A stretch of 64,000 bases of DNA, from positions 1 to 64,000 of IMG/VR virus record IMGVR_UViG_3300020036_001753; one strand, given 5' to 3'. The notes under the pieces are model-generated. The model worked only from the letters and a program-made list of their open reading frames with translations. It did not search any database and was not told where the DNA came from. How positions within the stretch are numbered: position 1 is the stretch's first letter; each line of letters starts with the position of its first letter. Positions 57,330-64,000 of this stretch are shown in pieces. The stretch is from a virus (Duplodnaviria > Caudoviricetes). Made by a program: the position numbers and the translations under genes.

Positions 57330-57859
57330 AGTAAAGAGCGTCTTAGTTTTAAACCATTAGGATCAGTCCAGTAACCTCCTTCTTGGAAAGCTCTTAACCA
57401 ATCCTTGTGTTTGATATACCGTTTAATATAACGGTTAGCAGTCATAACTTTACCCCAATCATCAGCAGCTTCCAACAAGTTCGCATACTGTTTATACTTA
57501 GCATTTTTCCTTATCCCTCCTGTATTGTTATAACGATGAAAGACTTTAGAAGTACCATGAGCAGTTTCTGCAATAAAACATACTCTGGAAATACTTGTAG
57601 GAATACCATACTTAAGATAAATGTATTCAAAGATGATACTTGCATTAGCTACAGCTAAGGCTTTGCGATTACGATCTTTAGTTAGATCAATATCGGCACG
57701 CCCATAATTTCTGTATAGATCAGCAGCAGTCATAGATTTCAATTGTTGAGCAATCGAAGGCGCTTCCCAATCTTTACTATAAGTTACAACTGCTGTTGAC
57801 TTACTATTTGAAAGAAAGATCGGAAACATTAACAGTAAAATAAAGATTAACCTCTTCAT
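57326..57859 (-). CDS. GH73-like glucosaminidase/muramidase with signal peptide
   Basis: Hydrophobic N-terminus. YGIP....FIAETAHG (catalytic Glu), NNTGGIR, Y....EAADDW and GGYWTDP (YATDP-like). Confidence 0.75.
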   Translation of the reverse strand: MKRLIFILLLMFPIFLSNSKSTAVVTYSKDWEAPSIAQQLKSMTAADLYRNYGRADIDLTKDRNRKALAVANASIIFEYIYLKYGIPTSISRVCFIAETAHGTSKVFHRYNNTGGIRKNAKYKQYANLLEAADDWGKVMTANRYIKRYIKHKDWLRAFQEGGYWTDPNGLKLRRSLL

Positions 57860-57916
57860 TATAATTTGTTTTAGTGAAAAAATGAAACAAATGTACGGAA
57901 ACTCTATATACTATTC

Positions 57917-59416
57917 CTACATGAGCAGGTATATTTTGTCTTTCGCTCTACTTGTTGCTACGTATAGCAGCTTCCAGTATAGTAGATTAGCTAAGAAAGA
58001 ACGAGGATCGTAAGATAGAACTTTTCTAATATCAGTAACGTCAACAAATACATCATTGAAAGTACTACCTTGACTCTTATGTGTAGTTATTGAGAAAGCA
58101 TAATCCAAGTCCTTCTTAGGAAGGTTACGTGCTTCCACAAAATCTCCATTAGATAACGTTACTCCATTAGGATATTTCTTTTTAAAATCTACAAGAGTAA
58201 GATACCGATTTCTCCATTCCATAAAAGGTTTCCATTTCTGCCCGTTAAATCGAGCTTCTCTATGAAACTTTTCATGTACCATAAGGAACGTATCATAATT
58301 ATCTTCATGAACAATTAAAAGGTGTGGAGTATATTGCATTGTAGTAATATCCTGCATCTGGACTTTATAGCAATGAATACTGTCGTGAATAACTTCTCCT
58401 TTTGTAACTACCATATAGTCTGCACTATTAATAATTAATGGCAGCCTACCTTCAGATAATGTAGTGTAACTCATAAGTACGTCACCAATTTCAATAGCTT
58501 CATTGCTATTAGGAAATTTGTATTTGCGAAGGTATTCGTTATAATGACCTACACGATCATTCGTATAAGCTAAAATACGACTATTTTCGTCTGTAAGAAA
58601 TTGAGCTTCCAGCAACTTTGCGACAGTTTCACGATCTTCTTTGTCAACAATTTCGTAACCTTTATTGCCTACAGATATAGAACCTATAGCTAAGAGTTGC
58701 TCGAAATAGGTATCGCCAGTATAATCAAAATCAGTAAGATACTTGGGAGCAATTTCTCCAAAATCTGTCCTAATTTGTTGAACAGCTGCATAATCTCTGA
58801 ATAGCATAGCAATTTTTAATCGGATTGCTAACAACAATAACATAGATGGATTATCCACACCTTGCCTTACTACCTCAATCAGACGACTAGTATTTTCAAG
58901 ATCAAAGACAGGAGAGTATGCTACTTCTTCTTTAGGATTCTTACTAATAGGTGGAAGTTGATAATCATCCCCAACAAATAGTATCTTAGTTTTAGCACCA
59001 GTAGCTTCTCTGATAATAAGATCTAAAAGATCTTTATTAATCATAGAAGTTTCATCAATGATAACCAGTCGATATTCATCAATCTTAGGCGAAGCTATTT
59101 GTCTAAATTGAGGATTACGAGGATCGAAATCTTCAACATTAACGTCTTTACGTAATCCTAATAAAGCTTGTATCGTTAATGCTTGTAAACCTGTAGCGTG
59201 TCCTAAAACAGCTTTGGCTTTATGTGTTGGCGCTGATATGCAAAGATTATTCAACTGCTTAACAGATTTGATAATCTGTTTTACAGTTGTAGTTTTACCT
59301 GTACCTGCTGCACCTCTAAGTACATAGAATAACTCTTCACTATTCGACCAAGCAGCTATGTTAATAATAGCGTCTGCTTGTTCCGCATTCGGAACAATAT
59401 CCTGATAAGGATTCAT
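57917..59416 (-). CDS. Dda/RecD-like SF1B helicase
   Basis: GAAGTGKT, IIDETSMI, VGDDYQLPP and SITTHKSQGSTF motifs. Confidence 0.9.
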   Translation of the reverse strand: MNPYQDIVPNAEQADAIINIAAWSNSEELFYVLRGAAGTGKTTTVKQIIKSVKQLNNLCISAPTHKAKAVLGHATGLQALTIQALLGLRKDVNVEDFDPRNPQFRQIASPKIDEYRLVIIDETSMINKDLLDLIIREATGAKTKILFVGDDYQLPPISKNPKEEVAYSPVFDLENTSRLIEVVRQGVDNPSMLLLLAIRLKIAMLFRDYAAVQQIRTDFGEIAPKYLTDFDYTGDTYFEQLLAIGSISVGNKGYEIVDKEDRETVAKLLEAQFLTDENSRILAYTNDRVGHYNEYLRKYKFPNSNEAIEIGDVLMSYTTLSEGRLPLIINSADYMVVTKGEVIHDSIHCYKVQMQDITTMQYTPHLLIVHEDNYDTFLMVHEKFHREARFNGQKWKPFMEWRNRYLTLVDFKKKYPNGVTLSNGDFVEARNLPKKDLDYAFSITTHKSQGSTFNDVFVDVTDIRKVLSYDPRSFLANLLYWKLLYVATSRAKDKIYLLM

Positions 59417-59799
59417 ATATTATCGTAATTTAGTGCTGCTATAATTGCAGCTATGTGATTGTTAATGATTGTATCTTTTCGTTCTTCAATGCAAATATAT
59501 GGTATTTCGTCTACATTGAGAAAAAGCCAACCCTTAGCGGGCTGGTCTTCTTGGTTAATTATAGTAGGCCAAACAGTATAACCATTTGGTGTAGCTGCGA
59601 TAGCTAGATTCCTGAACTGAAGATAGTGTATAAATACACCTATCATCATTTCATCTCTTATGAAAGTAAATGAGGCTAAAGGAATATCGCTATACATAGT
59701 AGTAAGAAAACTTGCAAAAGCTTCTCTACTTTTTGGTAGTTTTCCTAGATGGCTTAGTAGTAACATCGAAAATAGCTGGTATTGGTAAACTCCAATCAA
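59413..59799 (-). CDS. hypothetical protein
   Basis: 128-aa ORF coupled to the helicase. The true start may lie downstream of 59799. Confidence 0.55.
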   Translation of the reverse strand: MIGVYQYQLFSMLLLSHLGKLPKSREAFASFLTTMYSDIPLASFTFIRDEMMIGVFIHYLQFRNLAIAATPNGYTVWPTIINQEDQPAKGWLFLNVDEIPYICIEERKDTIINNHIAAIIAALNYDNI

Positions 59800-60295
59800 G
59801 TTTTACTGTTATAAATATTTCATACAACAGTTCTAATGGAGTAGAATTTTGATTATATTTTTGCTCAATAAACCATTCTTCTAAAAGCTTTAGTTTTCTT
59901 TTAGCTTTAACTAAATCATATTTAGTAGCTTTGTCTTCAACTGCTGCAAGTCTATTGTCTATTATTCCTTTTTCAACAAGAGCTTCGGTAACTTGTTTAG
60001 CTAATTCAAACATTTGCGAATGATTTTGTTTTATAATATCAACTTGTTGTGAAACTCTATCTTCGGCAAGATCTAGTCTAACTCGCATTGCTTGAATAGC
60101 TTGTTCAGCATTCTCTTCATAATTGGCAATATAAATGTTACGTTTTTGCAGAACTTCTTCGACACTCTCTTTTTCTAGCTTAAGTAGCTCATTAGTGAAA
60201 TTGGCTATACGCAGTTTGCTGGATAACCTTACCATTAGTAATATTGTAAGTATAAAAGCTAATGATAAGATTACTATTAATGTAGATTCAATCAT
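59726..60295 (-). CDS. N-terminal TM plus coiled-coil protein
   Basis: LIVILSLAFILTILLMV anchor followed by heptads. Confidence 0.65.
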   Translation of the reverse strand: MIESTLIVILSLAFILTILLMVRLSSKLRIANFTNELLKLEKESVEEVLQKRNIYIANYEENAEQAIQAMRVRLDLAEDRVSQQVDIIKQNHSQMFELAKQVTEALVEKGIIDNRLAAVEDKATKYDLVKAKRKLKLLEEWFIEQKYNQNSTPLELLYEIFITVKLDWSLPIPAIFDVTTKPSRKTTKK

Positions 60296-60314
60296 TTTTA
60301 TTAGTATTATTAGC

Positions 60315-60385
60315 TCCCTATAGAGATAAGGTGACTATAAGTAAATTAATAGATTAGTAACGGCCCGTCCTTATCTCTACAGGGA
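60315..60385 (-). repeat. 17-bp inverted repeat with 37-nt spacer
   Basis: tccctatagagataagg (60315-60331) and ccttatctctacaggga (60369-60385). The single mismatch is G-U on the - strand. Confidence 0.75.
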
Positions 60386-60526
60386 ACTAAACATAATTAC
60401 ATATAGTAGAATTAATCATAGAATTAGTAGTAAAAGAATTACTAAGACTATATAATTTCTATATATAATTACGTTTAGTACCGCAGGAGTGTGCGCACGT
60501 GTAATACGATAAAATTATCAAATTTC

Positions 60527-60850
60527 CTAACGATCGAATTTTTTAAACATTGTTATATCTAACTTCTGCTTATAAATTAGCTTATTCAATTCAATAACTT
60601 TAATCTCTGTTTCGATATGTCTGGCAGTTTTAACTAAGAATGTATAACCTTCAATAGGCTTGGTTTTAAGAACTATATACTTATCTCCAAAAGAAGTAAG
60701 TAATTGCAATTCTTGATACCTTATCTTATCAGGTTTAATACTTATCTTAGTTCGTTTCTCAATTACTAAGGATAGAATAGTACTGATAGTAACATGAAGA
60801 CTATCAGCACCTATTCCTCCTAAGTGGTTGGCAGCTAAATCCCAAGTCAT
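60527..60850 (-). CDS. hypothetical protein
   Basis: 107-aa co-oriented ORF. Confidence 0.6.
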   Translation of the reverse strand: MTWDLAANHLGGIGADSLHVTISTILSLVIEKRTKISIKPDKIRYQELQLLTSFGDKYIVLKTKPIEGYTFLVKTARHIETEIKVIELNKLIYKQKLDITMFKKFDR

Positions 60851-61161
60851 AGTTTCTTCTTTTTAGAAAAGAAATCAGATATGGGTTTTCTTTCTTTAAA
60901 AGGTGGATCAACAATAATGCCTCCTTTAGCTAGTATAGCTTCCTCTTCTTTTGTAAGTTGCACTGTTGTAGGAACGCTAGAATCAAGAGCAGGAAACATA
61001 ATATCAATTTGCCGTAGTTCACTTACAATCTTAAAGGTTTCAACAGGATTTTGTCCTATTGTTTGTTCAAGATTATCTATGAGCTTTGTTTTAGCTTTAT
61101 TAGCTGTCGGATAGTCAATATTTTTGACTTTTTTATCTCCAAATAAATCAAAAAGACTCAT
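60847..61161 (-). CDS. hypothetical protein
   Basis: 104-aa co-oriented ORF. Confidence 0.6.
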   Translation of the reverse strand: MSLFDLFGDKKVKNIDYPTANKAKTKLIDNLEQTIGQNPVETFKIVSELRQIDIMFPALDSSVPTTVQLTKEEEAILAKGGIIVDPPFKERKPISDFFSKKKKL

Positions 61162-61169
61162 GGCTTTAG

Positions 61170-61724
61170 TTATTTTAATTGATTATACAATTGTTTCCAC
61201 TCTGCGATTTTATTCGATCTTGCATCAGGTTCGTCAGATGTAAATAAAGCTAAATGCGGAAGATGCGCAGCTCCTATTGGAATATCTATTACCTTTTTTA
61301 CATTAAACCGTTCTTCAATTAATCCATGCATCATGTATAGCTGCCTTTCTGCATCATAGATTTCTCCTGACCTTAAACTATTAATAGCGTATTCAAAACG
61401 AGAAATAACATCTAATTCTTTATCTACGCTTGTTAATATATGCAATCCATGAGTACCTATATTACGAAAAAATGAAGTAGGATTGTCTTGTAATAAGCTA
61501 GTTTCAAAATCTTCCTTATCTATATCCAAAAGATTTAATAAAGCGTTAGTTGCAGCACATCCAATACATTGTCGAGTTTCGTCTATAGCTAGGTAATATT
61601 TAAGATTTTCCTTAATCTTAGGCTTTTGCAAGCCTATAAGCATCCAGTAAATCAGTTGCTTAAGAGTTCTTATACTCCGTAGCTTTTTGATCAATTTAGT
61701 TTGTGGTAACTTCTGCATTGTCAA
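61170..61724 (-). CDS. CxGCAATN-family paralog (4th of 4 in transcription order)
   Basis: CIGCAATN, FEYAINSLR, MMH and WKQLYNQL. Confidence 0.8.
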   Translation of the reverse strand: MTMQKLPQTKLIKKLRSIRTLKQLIYWMLIGLQKPKIKENLKYYLAIDETRQCIGCAATNALLNLLDIDKEDFETSLLQDNPTSFFRNIGTHGLHILTSVDKELDVISRFEYAINSLRSGEIYDAERQLYMMHGLIEERFNVKKVIDIPIGAAHLPHLALFTSDEPDARSNKIAEWKQLYNQLK

Positions 61725-62304
61725 ATTTGATTAAATCGTTATATAATTTTTTCCAATTCTCAATCGCTTGCTGTTTGTAATAGTAGTCAGTAGTATCAGC
61801 ATCTACACCATAGAAACTAAGAGGTTCGTATCCGAGAAAATGTACGTGATCTGGCATATAGCTTTCTTCTGAAAATGTAGACTTTATAGCAAAGTGTTTA
61901 TCAATTATTTCGTGCATTTCTTTTAAATAAATAAAAGCTATTTGCCATTGTGTAGAACGTAAAGAATCTATACAAAGCTCAAACTTACTTATAGCCTTAC
62001 TAGTAGCTAAATCGTATCCAAGAACATGAGTAAATTGATATATAGTATTTCCTATAGTATCTAAATCTGCTCTACATTTCATAACTCGGTTAGTAAACTT
62101 CTTTTTACTTGTCTCTGTAATTGCTAGCATAGCATTAGTAGCGGCACAACCATAGCATTCATCTCTTTGAATACTAAAGAATGTTGCAAATTCTAAGTTA
62201 ATCGTAGGGTTATTAATTCCCTGAAGCATCCAATAAATCAGATGCTGCAACTTAGTTATAGCTGCAAGCTTTTTGATAAGCTTATTTGGTCTTTTCTTTT
62301 TCAT
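61696..62304 (-). CDS. CxGCAATN-family paralog (3rd of 4)
   Basis: CYGCAATN, FELCIDSLR, EMH and WKKLYNDL. Confidence 0.8.
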   Translation of the reverse strand: MKKKRPNKLIKKLAAITKLQHLIYWMLQGINNPTINLEFATFFSIQRDECYGCAATNAMLAITETSKKKFTNRVMKCRADLDTIGNTIYQFTHVLGYDLATSKAISKFELCIDSLRSTQWQIAFIYLKEMHEIIDKHFAIKSTFSEESYMPDHVHFLGYEPLSFYGVDADTTDYYYKQQAIENWKKLYNDLIKFDNAEVTTN

Positions 62305-62836
62305 CTGTTTGATTATTGTAAAGTGAATTGTAAATATTTTGCCATTTCTCTATTATAGCTGAATCAGCTGAGCCTAACCAAAGGTCTTGTTCAGCAAACT
62401 TATCAATTTCAGCTTGGCTATCTGCGATTAGCTTTAATGGTAAACCATATATATTTGCTATGCTATTGTGCATACATTGTAAATACATTAAGGCGCTCTC
62501 ATATCTAGTAGCTATTAAAGAATCAATTGCAACTTCAAATCTATCTACTATTGTAAAACTAGATTCGATGGCTGTAGCAATCATTAAGGTTTCTTCATAA
62601 CTAGGAACTCTTCTTGACGCATTTACTAAATTAGTAAATTGCTCTTTGTTACATAAATGTAATAGAGCGTTAGTCGCAGCGCAGCCAACACATTCGCCAT
62701 TTATATTAGCTAGAAAAGTGCGCATCTTAACTTTAATCTTAGGCTTTGTTAAACCAAGAAGCATAATGGCAACCATAGCCTGAAAGCTATCTATTTTGTA
62801 TAGCTTCCTAATTAACATTGGAACTTTCTTTTTCAT
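62282..62836 (-). CDS. CxGCAATN-family paralog (2nd of 4)
   Basis: CVGCAATN, FEVAIDSL, CMH and WQNIYNSL. Confidence 0.8.
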   Translation of the reverse strand: MKKKVPMLIRKLYKIDSFQAMVAIMLLGLTKPKIKVKMRTFLANINGECVGCAATNALLHLCNKEQFTNLVNASRRVPSYEETLMIATAIESSFTIVDRFEVAIDSLIATRYESALMYLQCMHNSIANIYGLPLKLIADSQAEIDKFAEQDLWLGSADSAIIEKWQNIYNSLYNNQTDEKEKTK

Positions 62837-62839
62837 TGC

Positions 62840-63382
62840 TTATTTATTTAATTGTTTTAATTGTTTACTTAAAGCTTTCCAAGCGTGAATACGACTCTCG
62901 TAATTAGCTGTACTTAAATGGTAGTAATCATTCGATAACTTATCTAAAATATCATCGGAAACAGTTATTCTTTTCAATTTGACTTTCCTAGTTTCATAAA
63001 CATTGATAATCTCTTGATGCATATGAAATAGATAAGCCGAACTTTGAGAAAAATCCCCTATCCTAAGCGCATTGACGGCGTATTCAAAATACGTTATGAC
63101 TTTAGTATTTGCATCTACAACTGAAGCTAGATGATGGAAGTCATCAGTTCCACTTATATTACGCATATATGAATTAACTTCTTCTTTGGTATAATCAGTT
63201 AATTCAAAAAGAGTATTAGTTGCAGCACATCCAACACACATATTGTCATAAAAGGCGCAGTAAACTCCCATATCTACAGCTAGCTTTGGGTTTTCTAAAC
63301 CTTTTATCATTATGTCAATAAGCTGTGGTATAGTTCTTATCTTTCGCAACTTTACTATTATCGGCGGTAATGCAGATTTCAT
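62840..63382 (-). CDS. CxGCAATN-family paralog (1st of 4)
   Basis: CVGCAATN, FEYAVNALR, HMH and WKALSKQL. Confidence 0.8.
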   Translation of the reverse strand: MKSALPPIIVKLRKIRTIPQLIDIMIKGLENPKLAVDMGVYCAFYDNMCVGCAATNTLFELTDYTKEEVNSYMRNISGTDDFHHLASVVDANTKVITYFEYAVNALRIGDFSQSSAYLFHMHQEIINVYETRKVKLKRITVSDDILDKLSNDYYHLSTANYESRIHAWKALSKQLKQLNK

Positions 63383-63792
63383 TGCTTAACGTTTTTTACT
63401 TTAATAAAAGATAGATTATTGTCTTCAATAAGCGGTTTTAATGCTTCCGGTATATCTTGTGTACCATAAGCATAGTAAAGATTATCAGTGACTGGAACTC
63501 GTTTCTTCAATTCAGAAACTAATGCTTTAAGATCAGTTATTTCAGCTTTTAAAAGCATTACTTCTTTATCGTGATCTGCAATTGCTATGTCAAGTAGCTT
63601 GTGGGCATCAGTTACTATACTTTGCAGTAGGCGTATCTTAGCTTTAAGACTGGTCATTATTTGCTTCTGTATCTCTTGCTTACGAGCAAATAAGATTCTA
63701 AGATAATCCAGTTTTTTCTCCGCTTCTAATAGCTTGGTGTAAGCTATGTTGAAGTTGTGGATGTACTGGATTAGTAATTTACTTTTTTTCAT
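63379..63792 (-). CDS. coiled-coil hypothetical early protein
   Basis: 137 aa, heptad-rich. First - strand gene after the C-free tract. Confidence 0.65.
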   Translation of the reverse strand: MKKSKLLIQYIHNFNIAYTKLLEAEKKLDYLRILFARKQEIQKQIMTSLKAKIRLLQSIVTDAHKLLDIAIADHDKEVMLLKAEITDLKALVSELKKRVPVTDNLYYAYGTQDIPEALKPLIEDNNLSFIKVKNVKQ

Positions 63793-63947
63793 GATAGAAG
63801 ATTATAGTATTATTAATAATAAAGAAGGTTGGGTTTTGAGAGGGGATAGGGATTGATAAGGATGAGAATAAAATTTGAGGGAAGGGAATTAGAAGATATA
63901 TTAATAATGAGATTGATAGAGTGGAGATTAATTGGAAAATAAGGTGT
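63791..63947. other. 157-nt tract with no C on the + strand (G-free on the - strand)
   Basis: Base-by-base inspection finds no C between C63790 and C63948. The tract contains five G3+ runs. Confidence 0.9.
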
Positions 63948-63989
63948 CGTAGAACCTGGCGCGCAAGCGCCAATCGCTCCACGAACACC
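63943..63989 (+). promoter_or_regulatory. GC-rich nested hairpin with GCAA loop
   Basis: tggcgc-GCAA-gcgcca (63957-63972), enclosed by ggtgt-cgt / acg-a-acacc. Confidence 0.55.
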
Positions 63990-64000
63990 TTTCACCAACT

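Noticed and set aside
1054-60323. Numerous 60-120-aa ORFs antisense or out of frame within long genes (e.g. 1054, 12557, 22579, 40616, 48991, 55862, 56153)
   Set aside because: They are fully nested in well-supported genes or overlap terminators, and have no motifs. These are shadow ORFs.
63831-63886. Canonical G-quadruplex in the C-free tract as a separate feature
   Set aside because: Any four of the G runs must span a 27-nt loop, so stability is doubtful. Mentioned only as a test under the C-free tract finding.
63779-63998. Track ORFs 63779-63988 and 63813-63998 on the - strand
   Set aside because: Their I/L/S/P/F-rich translations are a by-product of the G-free composition, which also removes TAG and TGA stops. 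No credible coding signal.
1-64000. Stop-codon reassignment (TAG or TGA), known in some crAss-like phages
   Set aside because: Giant ORFs are intact under code 11. TAG (32431, 36419) and TGA (2049, 15748, 21651) end genes exactly at natural boundaries.
1-64000. CRISPR array or mini-array
   Set aside because: No regularly spaced direct repeats were seen in any intergenic region.

Overview
The window is a 64-kb AT-rich segment of a crAss-like (Crassvirales-type) podophage genome, read in standard code 11, whose host is probably in Bacteroidota. The + strand (1-36419) carries two tail-fibre genes, a lipoprotein, tail ring, IHF-like and muzzle/stabilisation genes, and five ejected 'cargo' proteins, including a 3592-aa virion RNA polymerase with the DFDID catalytic motif. 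The - strand (36578-63792) converges on it. It carries nucleotide-metabolism genes (MazG-like, UDG), a complete replication/recombination set (ligase, primase, SSAP, DnaB-like and SF2 helicases, family-A polymerase, Dda-like helicase), tRNA-Arg(UCU), a small envelope cassette and an early region of small genes. Best leads: (1) the five cargo proteins (8322 aa) contain only four cysteines by my scan, all at the two gene junctions of the last three giants, which suggests a head-to-tail linked ejection chain; (2) a 157-nt C-free tract next to a GCAA mini-hairpin on the template strand upstream of the early genes; (3) a tandem array of four diverged CxGCAATN-motif paralogs; (4) NADAR-like and P-loop kinase modules inside the virion RNAP; (5) a 59-aa hyperacidic ORF missing from the ORF track; (6) a tRNA-Arg with C33. 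All family assignments come from motif recognition by eye. No database searches were run.
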